A stretch of 48,143 nt of DNA from Candidatus Ruthenibacterium merdigallinarum (lineage in GTDB: Bacteria; Bacillota; Clostridia; Oscillospirales; Ruminococcaceae). Under the pieces are notes generated by a model. The model was given only the letters and a program-made list of their open reading frames with translations. It searched no databases and was not told where the DNA came from. The position numbers and the translations under genes were made by a program. The stretch spans positions 1-48,143 of the forward strand of contig DXGT01000099.1 in the NCBI GenBank assembly GCA_019113785.1, read 5' to 3'. Of the stretch, positions 37,916 to 46,496 are shown piece by piece; within the stretch, counting starts at the first letter, position 1, and the number at the start of each line of letters is the position of its first letter.

Positions 37916-40525
37916 ATGACTTATGAAACCGGCACGGGCCGCTTGAAAGTGACGGCGTACACCGCGCGCAAGGCGCGCGCAGTGCCCGGCGCGCGCGTGA
38001 CCGTGACGCTCGAAAGCGGCGAAGTGCTCACAGCCGCGGCGGACGAGGGCGGCAACGCGGGGCCGTTCGAGGTGCCGTGCCCGCCGCGCGCTCTCTCGCT
38101 GGCGCAAAGCAGCGCGCAGCGGCCCTACGCCGTGTGCACTGTCGCCGTCGAGGCGCCGGGCTTTTCGAGCGCGCGCACCGTGGGCGCGCAGGTGTTCGAC
38201 GGCGTTTTGAGCCTGATGGAATTCGAGCTCATTCCCGCAGGCACGGGCCTTGCCCGCAGCGAGAGCGTGTACGAGGTGCCCGCGCACGCATTGTTCGAGG
38301 GGGACGCGGGCAGCGGCCCCGCACCCGCCGCGGCCTGCGCGGCGGTGCCCGCCGTGCTCATCCAGCCCGTGGTGCCCAAAACCATCACCGTGCACCTGGG
38401 CCGCCCCGCGGCCAGCGCGCGCGACGTCACCGTCAGCTTCCGCGACTATATCAAGAACGTCGCCTCCAGCGAGGTGTACCCCACCTGGCCCGAGGAGAGC
38501 CTGCGCGCGAACATCCACGCGCAGATCAGCCTTGCGATGAACCGCATCTACACCGAGTGGTACAAGAGCAAGGGCTATGCGTTCGACATCACGAACTCGA
38601 CGAGCTACGACCAGTACTATGTGCACGGGCGCGACATCTTCGAGCCGATGAGCCGCATCACGGACGAGATCTTCGACACCTACGCGCGCAAGGAGGGCAC
38701 CGTCAACCCCTATTACACCGAGTACTGCGACGGCAAGAGCGTCACGTGCCCCGGCATGAAGCAGTGGGGCACGAAAACGCTGGCCGAGCAGGGCAAAAAC
38801 GCGCTGCAGATTTTGCAGTATTACTACGGGGCCGACCTCGAGCTCGTGCGCACGGACAACATCGCCGACGTGCCCGAGAGCTACCCCGGCGCGCCTTTGC
38901 GCATCGGCAGCACGGGCAGCGCCGTGCGCACCATCCAGCGCCAGCTCAACCGCATCGCGCAGGACTACCCCTTCTTCGGCCGCCTCGCGGTGGACGGCAC
39001 CTTCGGCGAGGACACCGCCGAGGTGGTCAAAAAGTTCCAGACCCAGTTCGACCTCTCGCCCGACGGCGTCGTGGGCCGGGCGACGTGGTATAAGATCAGC
39101 TACATCTACGTCTCGGTGAAGGACCTCGCCGAGCTGACCAGCGAGGGCGAGCGGCCCTCGGGCAGCCTCGAGGCCGGGGTGTACCCGGGCCGGGCGCTGC
39201 GGCTGGGCAGCCGCGGCGACGACGTGCAGCAGGTGCAGTTCTGGCTCTCGGAGCTGGCGCAGTTCGCGCCGGCCATCCCCGCGCCCGCGGTGGACGGCGT
39301 GTTCGGCGCGGGCACGCAGCGCGCCGTGACGGCCTTTCAGACGCAGTACGGCCTTGCCGCCGACGGCGTGGTGGGCCGCGCCACCTGGGAAAAGCTGTAC
39401 GCCGAGTACGTGCTGCTGGAAAACGACACGCGCCCGCCGGACGCGGACGGCACAGGCCCGGGCGCGTACCCCGGCACGGCCCTGCGGCCGGGCAGCCGCG
39501 GCGACGCCGTGCGCCGCGTGCAGTTCTGGCTGCGCATCGCAGACGGGGCCGCCCTCGCGGTGGACGGCGTGTTCGGCCCGGCCACCGCCGCGGCCGTGAC
39601 GGCCTTCCAGACGCAGTACGGCCTTGCCGCCGACGGCGTGGTGGGCCGCGCCACCTGGGAAAAGCTGTACGAGGCGTACACCGACGTGACAAGCGGCCTG
39701 CTGGCCCCCGGCGAGCGCCCGGGCCAGTACCCCGGCACGCCGCTGCGCGAGGGCAGCCGCGGCGCCGCCGTCAAGGAGGTGCAGTACTACCTGTACCTGC
39801 TGGGCGCGTATTACCCCGAGATCCCCGCCCTCGCGGTGGACGGCGTGTTCGGGCGCGCCACGGCCGCGGCCGTGCGCGCGTGGCAGCAGCTGGCGGGCCT
39901 TACCGTGGACGGCGTGGTGGGCCGCGCCACGTGGGACAGCATCTACGCGCAGTTCCAGCGCCTGCGCCGCGTGGACGGCCCGCTGGCGGCGCTGCGCCGT
40001 CTGGCCTGGCCGGGCTACGTGCTGCGCCGCGGGCAGGACGGCACGGCCGTGCAGCTGTTGCAGTTCATGCTGGCCTTCACGGGCTTTTTCTGCGACGAGG
40101 TGCTGCCCGTGGGCCCCGCCGACGGCGTGTTCGGCGAAGAGACGCAGCGCTCGCTCGAGAGCTTCCAGCGCCTCGCCGGCCTTGCCGTGACGGGCGAAGC
40201 CGGCGAAAAGACGTGGAACGCGCTGGCGGCGGCGTGCCTCGCGCTCGCGGCCGCGGCCCCGGCGAAGGGCGCGGCGGGCGAATACCCGGGCTTTGTGCTG
40301 GCGCAGGGCAGCGCGGGGGCGGCGGTGCTGGCGCTGCAGCAGCGCATGAACGCCATCGCCGCGCGCTTTTGCGCCGCGCCCTTCGTGCCCGAGACGGGCG
40401 TGTTCGGCGAAGAGACGCTCGCCGCCGTGCGCGATTTCCAGCAGGGCTTCGGCCTGCCCGTCACCGGCTTTGTCGACCGCGCCACCTGGGACGCCATCTT
40501 CAACTACGTCGCGATGGAGGGATGA
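37916..40525 (+). CDS. sleC: spore cortex-lytic enzyme SleC-like (SpoIID/LytB-type catalytic domain plus six PG_binding_1 domains)
   Basis: VPKTITVHLG.P, YIKNVASSEVYPTWP, NRIYTEWY, FDITNSTSYDQ, YCDG..V.C, QWG; six YPG..L..GS.G...DG.FG...FQ...L..DG.VG.ATW repeats. Confidence 0.88.
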   Translation: MTYETGTGRLKVTAYTARKARAVPGARVTVTLESGEVLTAAADEGGNAGPFEVPCPPRALSLAQSSAQRPYAVCTVAVEAPGFSSARTVGAQVFDGVLSLMEFELIPAGTGLARSESVYEVPAHALFEGDAGSGPAPAAACAAVPAVLIQPVVPKTITVHLGRPAASARDVTVSFRDYIKNVASSEVYPTWPEESLRANIHAQISLAMNRIYTEWYKSKGYAFDITNSTSYDQYYVHGRDIFEPMSRITDEIFDTYARKEGTVNPYYTEYCDGKSVTCPGMKQWGTKTLAEQGKNALQILQYYYGADLELVRTDNIADVPESYPGAPLRIGSTGSAVRTIQRQLNRIAQDYPFFGRLAVDGTFGEDTAEVVKKFQTQFDLSPDGVVGRATWYKISYIYVSVKDLAELTSEGERPSGSLEAGVYPGRALRLGSRGDDVQQVQFWLSELAQFAPAIPAPAVDGVFGAGTQRAVTAFQTQYGLAADGVVGRATWEKLYAEYVLLENDTRPPDADGTGPGAYPGTALRPGSRGDAVRRVQFWLRIADGAALAVDGVFGPATAAAVTAFQTQYGLAADGVVGRATWEKLYEAYTDVTSGLLAPGERPGQYPGTPLREGSRGAAVKEVQYYLYLLGAYYPEIPALAVDGVFGRATAAAVRAWQQLAGLTVDGVVGRATWDSIYAQFQRLRRVDGPLAALRRLAWPGYVLRRGQDGTAVQLLQFMLAFTGFFCDEVLPVGPADGVFGEETQRSLESFQRLAGLAVTGEAGEKTWNALAAACLALAAAAPAKGAAGEYPGFVLAQGSAGAAVLALQQRMNAIAARFCAAPFVPETGVFGEETLAAVRDFQQGFGLPVTGFVDRATWDAIFNYVAMEG
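39323..39671 (+). repeat. 79-bp near-identical direct repeat in PG-binding domains 2 and 3 (39323-39401 and 39593-39671)
   Basis: gccgtgacggcctt[t/c]cagacgcagtacggcc...gggaaaagctgtacg, one mismatch, 270 bp apart. Confidence 0.9.
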
Positions 40526-40528
40526 ATC

Positions 40529-41215
40529 ATGGCCAAAGTATTTGTATACGACGCGTACAGCAACAAGCTGCTGCGCTACACCCTGAACGAAAACGACCCC
40601 ATGCCCTACGCCTACGACAACACCATGCGCCTGCGGGAATTCCGCGGTTCCTCGAACAGCCCCACGCTGTGGACGACCGTGGCGGCGATGGAGTCGTGGA
40701 ACCTGACGCGGCGGCGCTACGGCAAGGGCATCTACATCGGCTACGCCTTCAAGCGCATCTGGGAGGGCGGCCACGGCACCGCCAGCCAGCACTACGCGGG
40801 TGTCTCCTTTGATGTTGGACAGAATGTGTCCAGCTCCGAGCGTCTCAAGATCCGCAACGCCGCCGTGGCCACGAAGGCCTGGGGCTATGTGGAGCCCATC
40901 GACATGACGCCGCGCTGGGTGCACTTCGACCGCCGCTACGGCAAACCCGCCTGCCCGAACACGACGGCGGGCTACCCCACCGTGCGCCGTTCAAGCCGCA
41001 GCACGTACGTGCTGGTTTTGCAGGACGCGCTCAACGCGCTGGGCTATTCCACGCGCACGCTGGACGGCATTTTCGGCGCGAACACGGAAAACGCGCTCAA
41101 GGCCTTCCAGCGCGCCGTGGGCCTTACGGCGGACGGCATCTGCGGGTGCAACAGCTGGCGCAAAATCACCTCCGCCGTCGTGGGCATCGGCCGCACGCCG
41201 ACCGTGATCGACTGA
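40529..41215 (+). CDS. peptidoglycan-binding protein with N-terminal M15-like Zn peptidase domain
   Basis: SQHYAGVSFD (SxHxxGxxxD) and WVHFD Zn-ligand motifs; C-terminal PG_binding_1 (LQDALN..GY...LDGIFG..T...FQ...L.ADGI.G). Confidence 0.82.
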   Translation: MAKVFVYDAYSNKLLRYTLNENDPMPYAYDNTMRLREFRGSSNSPTLWTTVAAMESWNLTRRRYGKGIYIGYAFKRIWEGGHGTASQHYAGVSFDVGQNVSSSERLKIRNAAVATKAWGYVEPIDMTPRWVHFDRRYGKPACPNTTAGYPTVRRSSRSTYVLVLQDALNALGYSTRTLDGIFGANTENALKAFQRAVGLTADGICGCNSWRKITSAVVGIGRTPTVID

Positions 41216-41262
41216 GGGGGATGTAACGGGGGATGCGGCGGGACGAGCGGGGAAAGCGGGGG

Positions 41263-41319
41263 CAACGCAATTGCTGTACTTTTGAACGCTGCGAAGGATG
41301 TTTTGAACAACGCAATTGC
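41263..41319. repeat. 12-bp direct repeat CAACGCAATTGC, 45 bp apart, with palindromic GCAATTGC core
   Basis: Copies at 41263-41274 and 41308-41319, interleaved with two TTTTGAAC copies. Confidence 0.7.
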
Positions 41320-41578
41320 ATCGTTCTGAATCTTCCTCGCCGGCCCAAAGGGGCGGCCCGGCGCGCAGCGCATTCTTTCACTGTCCCCAAGCGGGGCGCA
41401 GCGGCCTCGCGCCGCGCGCCGGAGCACAGGCGGACGGCGAAAACCCCGCGCCCTGCCGCGTTTTGACGTGCTGCGCCCGGCAAAAGCCCCCGCCATTCGC
41501 CGCGCGGAATACGCCCGCCGGGCGCGGCCCGCCCCGAAGAGGCGGGAAGGAAATTTTAAAACGCCGCAATCGGGGCGT

Positions 41579-41667
41579 CTTTGCGCGCTGCGTTTTGAGT
41601 ATTGCGCCCTTGAGCATTGCACTTTTGCGCTCTGCGCTTTTGAACGCTGCATTTTTGCACGTCACGG
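41579..41667. repeat. degenerate 15-bp tandem repeat (5-6 units)
   Basis: ttttgagtattgcgc / ccttgagcattgcac / ttttgcgctctgcgc / ttttgaacgctgcat / ttttgcacgtcacgg. Confidence 0.7.
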
Positions 41668-42073
41668 TCTTGGAAATCTTTCCCGTCTTTCTCCCCCAGG
41701 CAGCGGCACGCCCCCGCGCGCTCCAAACCGGAGCGCGCGGGGGCGTGTTCATTGACGAGAAAAAACGCCGAGGCGGCGGACGGGAACGCGCGCGGCAAAT
41801 CGAGGGCCTCTCGTTCTAAAATGGAAACCTGCCGGACGTTTCAGCCGCCCGATTTTTCAGGCATGGCGGCCGGCGGCCCCTGGCGAAGTGCCGCGTCCGG
41901 CGCCTGCTGCACCTGGGCTGCATTCCCAATGATAATGCTCATGTGCCGTAAAGTAACACACAAGAATTTGATAGACAGCAACCCATTATTTCCGTGTAAC
42001 AAAGAGAAAGCAATGTACAATTTACATCTGAATGATATAATACTTTTAGGGCAGAGCAAGGGGAAAATTAAGG

Positions 42074-42121
42074 TCTACGCTCCGTAGATAGCCCGCAGAT
42101 ATAAGGAACTCTACGCTCCGT
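42074..42121. promoter_or_regulatory. paired putative operator sites for the XRE regulator
   Basis: TCTAC-GCTCC-GTAGA inverted repeat (42074-42088) and second copy TCTACGCTCCGT (42110-42121); TGnTATAAT at 42033-42041. Confidence 0.55.
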
Positions 42122-42179
42122 GTGTGTTTATTAAATTCCCCATCATCTACAATAAGGGCAGAAAGGAGGACAGAAACTA

Positions 42180-42785
42180 ATGGATCAAATCCGAATCGGC
42201 AAATTTATAGCCGAATCAAGAAAATCACTGAACCTTACCCAAAGGCAACTTGCCGACGCACTTTCCATTAGCGACAAAACAATTTCCAAATGGGAGTGTG
42301 GAAAAGGACTTCCCGAAGTTTCTCTCATGCTACCATTGTGTGCGGCATTGGATATTACTGTCAATGATTTGCTTTCGGGTGAAAAGGTTTCCTCAACTGA
42401 TTATCAAAAGAAAGCGGAGGGAAATATGATGAACTTAATGAAAGAAAACGAAGAAAATAGGAAAAGAATGGCGTTGTGTATCATTACCGTCGCAATCACG
42501 GTCATTGCTGTATGCGCCCTGATAGTAATAGCATCCTATATTGATCTGCCTACGGTGGTACGAATCATATTGATTGTGGGTGCTGCTTTAGTGGCGGTAG
42601 CGGGCATAGCGGCGGGCGCAATGCTTGAAATTAAGGCTGGTTATTTTGAATGTCCTCATTGTAAAGAACTTTTTGTTCCGAGCATGAATGAGTATGTAAA
42701 AAGCTATCATACTTTGACAAAACGCAGATTGACCTGTCCTAAATGCGGTAAAACGGGAATGTGCAAACATCGTACTACAAGATAA
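42180..42785 (+). CDS. XRE-family HTH regulator with two TM helices and C-terminal Zn ribbon
   Basis: IGKFIAESRK...LTQRQLAD.L.ISDKTISKWE.GKGLPE; two hydrophobic segments; CPHC...CPKC; AAGGAGG RBS. Confidence 0.93.
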   Translation: MDQIRIGKFIAESRKSLNLTQRQLADALSISDKTISKWECGKGLPEVSLMLPLCAALDITVNDLLSGEKVSSTDYQKKAEGNMMNLMKENEENRKRMALCIITVAITVIAVCALIVIASYIDLPTVVRIILIVGAALVAVAGIAAGAMLEIKAGYFECPHCKELFVPSMNEYVKSYHTLTKRRLTCPKCGKTGMCKHRTTR

Positions 42786-42802
42786 ATACGACTTCTGGAA
42801 TA

Positions 42803-42923
42803 GCAAAGTCAGCCGAGCCAGCGGGCGGTCAAGATGAACAGCGCATACGCGCCGCCGCCCGCAGCCCCGCCCGCCTTTGCAGATAGGCAATCAAGGGGCG
42901 ACAGCAAGGAGTGCTGCCGCCCC
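42803..42923 (+). other. structured nucleic-acid element (nested stems plus separate hairpin)
   Basis: GCAAAG 42803-42808 pairs with CTTTGC 42875-42880; GCGGGCGG 42821-42828 pairs with CCGCCCGC 42855-42862; GGGGCGACAGCA/TGCTGCCGCCCC hairpin 42895-42923. Confidence 0.45.
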
Positions 42924-43119
42924 GCACTATTATCAGAGAGCGGGAACGGGAAACTTGCCTCCCTCGCGCTTTTGGCGCGAAAAACGCCGGCGCGCTTTGC
43001 GCGCTGAGCGTGCATTCCGCGGGCCGCCTGCAAAAGAAAAAAGCAAATATCGGCGCACAAAGCCGGCGCTTTGCCAGCGGGTAAAACCGCTTCGCAAAGG
43101 CGCCGGCCTTTTGTGTTGA

Positions 43120-43400
43120 TTCCCTCGCGCTCTGCGCCGTCAGCGCACGCAGCTCGCTGTACGCGGCCGGGGCCGCAGCCAGCACGTCAGCGTTCGCCGG
43201 CGGCCGCAGCGCGCCGCCGTCCCAGCCGGACGCAAGCGCGCCCGCCCCGGCCGCCAGCAGCATGCCGGCGGCGAAATCTCCGCAGATGAAGCGGTGCGCG
43301 CCAAAAAGGCCCGGAAAAAGCGTGACGAGGAGCTCTGCAAGCGGCGATAGGTTTACCGTCCCACATCTATAAGAAAGTATTGCAGCGCCTTCGGCCTCAT
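43120..43400 (-). pseudogene. probable TM2-domain membrane protein remnant (extent approximate)
   Basis: Frame upstream of ATG 43263 reads ELLVTLFPGLFGAHRFICGDFAAGML, matching TM2 GxxGxHRFYxGxxxxG; no in-frame start codon found upstream. Confidence 0.35.
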
Positions 43401-43426
43401 ACCCTTGCGCAGGGCCGCCGCGCCGC

Positions 43427-44434
43427 TCACACGTACGGCAGCGTCTCCACGTAGGGCAGGTTCAGGGGGCTGTAGACGGTGTGGCGCTGCAAGTAGTCGA
43501 TCCACTGGGCGTAGCCGTCGGGGTTCATGTGCATGCCGCTGGCGGGGTTTGTCAGCGAGGCGGCCAGCGAGTCGGGCAGGTAGCCGTCGTCCCCGGCGAG
43601 GGCCTCGTGCATATCCACGAAGTAATACCCGTGCGCCAGCGCCAGCTGCGCCACCTTGTTGTTCAGCGTGTGCAAACGCGACAGCGAGTAGTTCGTGTTG
43701 TACTCGGCGCACGCCTTCGTCACGGGCGAGACGCTCTGCACGTACACGGGCACGCCGGGGAAAGTCTGGCTGATCTTCGTCAGCAGCTCGTCGTAATAGT
43801 GCAGGAAGCTGTCGTCCTCGGGGTTGCCGACGATGGAGTTCGTGCCCAGCATGATGTAGATTTTGCCCGGGCTTGTGGCGGCGATGGCGTCCCACACGGC
43901 GGGCACCTCGACCTTGCGGCCGTGGTCGTACACCGAGCCGTTGTTCAAAAACGTCTGCGGCGAGGCGCTGCGGATGCCGAACACGGTGGCCACCGTGTTG
44001 ACCGGCGGGTAAATGGCCAGGCCCTCGGTGACGGAATCGCCGATGAACAGCGCGTCGCGGAAATATTCGAGGCTGACTTTGCCGTTCTCCGGCACGGCCA
44101 AGAGCGAGCTGATGGCCGCCGGGCTCTGCCCCGCGTTCACCGTGGCGGGCAAAGCCTCCATCGTGTCCCACGCCTCGTCGGCTTTCGGGGCGCTCTCGGG
44201 CTCGGCGGCCGCGCTGCCCGCGCTTTCGCTTGCGGGCGCGGAGGCGCTCTCCCCGCCCTGCGGCCATGTGACGGACAGCACGGGCTGGCCGGCGAACATG
44301 CGCGCCACGGCGTAGCAGTTGCCGAACAAAAGCGCGAGGATCACCAGCGCCATGCAGCCCTGCGCCAGCACGGCGCGCCGGCGCGCAGCGGCTTTCTTCT
44401 GTTTGGGGGTGGGTTTTTTCTGATGCTGTGCCAA
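43427..44434 (-). CDS. membrane-anchored SGNH/GDSL esterase or acetyltransferase
   Basis: TTG start at 44434 behind GAAGGAG; basic N-terminus plus TM; DALFIGDSVTEG, IMLGTN, GMHMN. Confidence 0.85.
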   Translation of the reverse strand: MAQHQKKPTPKQKKAAARRRAVLAQGCMALVILALLFGNCYAVARMFAGQPVLSVTWPQGGESASAPASESAGSAAAEPESAPKADEAWDTMEALPATVNAGQSPAAISSLLAVPENGKVSLEYFRDALFIGDSVTEGLAIYPPVNTVATVFGIRSASPQTFLNNGSVYDHGRKVEVPAVWDAIAATSPGKIYIMLGTNSIVGNPEDDSFLHYYDELLTKISQTFPGVPVYVQSVSPVTKACAEYNTNYSLSRLHTLNNKVAQLALAHGYYFVDMHEALAGDDGYLPDSLAASLTNPASGMHMNPDGYAQWIDYLQRHTVYSPLNLPYVETLPYV

Positions 44435-44544
44435 GGTTACTGCTCCTTCTGAGAAATGGCTTGTGGGGATGCGGATGCGCCGCGCGGCGCGGCTTTTACC
44501 ATAAAAAGGGCTGCGAAAGCGCGCCGGAGGCGCCGTCCTCCCTT

Positions 44545-46443
44545 TTACGCGGCCGGGGCCTTGTAGTACGGCGAGCCGGGCAGGTAGGGGTTGTCCGCGC
44601 TGTGCACGGTGTGGGTGATGAGCACCTCGCGCCACGCGCCGTAGCCCTGCGCGTTCATGTGCAGGCCGTCGCCGGCGGCATAGTCCGCCCGCAGCGCGCC
44701 CGTCTCGTCCGACAGCGCCGCCGTGAGGTCGACATAGTGCATCCCGCGGCTGTACGCCAGCTGGGCGATGCCGTCGTTCACGCTCTGGATGCGGCTGAGG
44801 GCGAATTTTTCGTCCGCGGCCGCCTTTTCCGCCGACGCCGGCGGGATGGATTGCAGATAGAACACCGTGTCCGCCGGGAGCTGCTCGAGCAGCAGGTCGA
44901 GAAAATCGCCGTAATATTTGAGGAACGCCTCGTCGGTGCTCGTCTCCAGCGCGTTCGTCCCAAGCAGAATATACACCTTTTTCGCGTTCGCCGCAAGGAT
45001 TTCGTCCATGGGGCGCACGGTTTCGCCCGCGGCGTTCTGCGCCGTGCCGTTGATGAACGTGCGCGGCGACGCGCCGATGTACGCCGCGAAGCTGGCATTT
45101 TCAAAGCCGTTGGCCGTGTAGGTGAGGAAGCCCTGGGTGAGCGAGTCGCCCACGAACAGCGCGTCGTCGAAATAGCTCATGTCCACGCGGCCGTTCTCCG
45201 GCTGGGCCATCAGCGCCGCCGTGATGGGCTGCATGACGAGCGTATCCTGCCGCACGGGGCCCAGCTGCGCGCCGGCGGCCTCCCCATTTTGCCCGTCCGA
45301 AGCCGCCTGCCCGCCGCTTTGCGCGGCGCTGTCGGCCGCGGCGGACGCGGACGTGCTCCCTGCGGCGGCCAGCATGCCGGGGGCCTCGATGACGGCTGTG
45401 ATGACGCCGGACAAAAGCAGGATCACCGCGAACGCGCACGCGAAGAACGCGCCGCCCGTGGGCATCGAAAAGCCTTTTTTGCGCCGGGGCGCGCCGGGGC
45501 GACGCCTTTCGGTTCCGCCCGCGCCGGGCGCTGCATACGGCCCGCCCGCGCCGCGCGCGCTGCGCGGCGCTTGGCTGTAGCCGCCCTGCCCTGCGCGCGT
45601 CTGCGCACTCTGGCCGTAACCGGCGCGCCCGGCAGGACCGCCGGATGCGCTCTGGCCGCGGGCGGCCCGGCCCTGCGCGCTGCGCGGCGTCTGGCCGTAG
45701 GCGCGGCCATCCTGCGCGCTGCGCATCTGTGCGGTTTGGCTGTAGGCGTTTTGTCCGGCGCGCGGCTGCGCGGCCCGGCTGTCGTCATTTTGTCCTGTGC
45801 GCTGGCTGTAATCACTCTGGCCGGAAACGTAGCCGCCCGTGCGGGACGTCTGCGCGGTCTGGCTGTAGCCGGCGCGCCCGGCAGGACCGCCGGATGCGCT
45901 CTGTCTGGACGCGCAGCCGCTCTGCTCCGCGCGCGACGGCGCAGTCTGGCCGTAGTCGGCCCCGCCCTGCGCGCTGCGCGGCGACGCACTCCGATCATAA
46001 GCGCGGCCGGCGCCGGTCTGCCCGGCGTAGGCGCTCTGACCGTAGGCGCGGCCATCCTGCGCGCGCTGACCGGAAGCGTAGCCGCCCGTGCGTGTCTGCG
46101 CCGTCTGTCCATAGTCCACGCGCCCGGCGCAGCTGCTTCGCCCCGCGCGCGTCTGCGCGGTCTGACCATAGTCCACACGTCCGGCAGAGCCGCTTCGCAC
46201 CGTGCGCGCCTGCGCGGTCTGGCCGTAATCCACACGTCCGGCAGAGCTGCTTCGCCCTGCGCGCGTCTGCGCGGTCTGGCCGTAGTCCACGCGCCCGCCA
46301 TGCGCTCGCTGCCCTGTGCGGGACGCCTGCCCGCCTGCGCCGGACGCCGCCTGGCCTCCGGACGCGCCGTATCCGTTTTGCGCGCCGTCCGCGGGGCGCT
46401 GCGGGGCGCTGCGCAGACGTGCGTTGCGTTCTCTCTCGTCCAC
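44545..46443 (-). CDS. membrane-anchored SGNH/GDSL protein with ~320-aa low-complexity N-terminal region
   Basis: G/A/S/Q/R/Y-rich repeats, RRKK plus TM, then DALFVGDSLTQG, ILLGTN, GDGLHMN. Confidence 0.85.
   Translation of the reverse strand: MDERERNARLRSAPQRPADGAQNGYGASGGQAASGAGGQASRTGQRAHGGRVDYGQTAQTRAGRSSSAGRVDYGQTAQARTVRSGSAGRVDYGQTAQTRAGRSSCAGRVDYGQTAQTRTGGYASGQRAQDGRAYGQSAYAGQTGAGRAYDRSASPRSAQGGADYGQTAPSRAEQSGCASRQSASGGPAGRAGYSQTAQTSRTGGYVSGQSDYSQRTGQNDDSRAAQPRAGQNAYSQTAQMRSAQDGRAYGQTPRSAQGRAARGQSASGGPAGRAGYGQSAQTRAGQGGYSQAPRSARGAGGPYAAPGAGGTERRRPGAPRRKKGFSMPTGGAFFACAFAVILLLSGVITAVIEAPGMLAAAGSTSASAAADSAAQSGGQAASDGQNGEAAGAQLGPVRQDTLVMQPITAALMAQPENGRVDMSYFDDALFVGDSLTQGFLTYTANGFENASFAAYIGASPRTFINGTAQNAAGETVRPMDEILAANAKKVYILLGTNALETSTDEAFLKYYGDFLDLLLEQLPADTVFYLQSIPPASAEKAAADEKFALSRIQSVNDGIAQLAYSRGMHYVDLTAALSDETGALRADYAAGDGLHMNAQGYGAWREVLITHTVHSADNPYLPGSPYYKAPAA
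46090..46296 (-). repeat. 57-bp coding tandem repeat (GRVDYGQTAQTRAGRSSSA, about 3.6 copies)
   Basis: GRVDYGQTAQ recurs at residues 50, 69, 88 and 107. Confidence 0.9.
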
Positions 46444-46496
46444 GCGCTGCGCCCCTCCCCTCTCGCCATCGCCGCATCGCCCGACAAGTACTTTTT

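Larger units (their letters stand above)
41920..42950. mobile_element. low-GC horizontally acquired islet, probable mobile-element remnant (boundaries approximate)
   Basis: Abrupt switch to AT-rich sequence and A/T-ending codons around one XRE gene; no integrase, relaxase or transposase present. Confidence 0.55.

Noticed and set aside
40795-40860. Short patch of A/T-ending codons in the M15-like gene suggesting recombination
   Set aside because: Too short to separate from chance without alignments.
37916-41215. Prophage lysis module
   Set aside because: The motifs are those of the sporulation enzyme SleC; no holin, structural or integrase genes are present.
41263-41667. Possible CRISPR array
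   Set aside because: Units are 12-15 bp, degenerate and mostly adjacent, with no spacers of CRISPR length and no cas genes.
41752-42087. Small ORFs spanning the left boundary of the low-GC islet
   Set aside because: No RBS or motifs; they cross the composition boundary and overlap the predicted XRE promoter.
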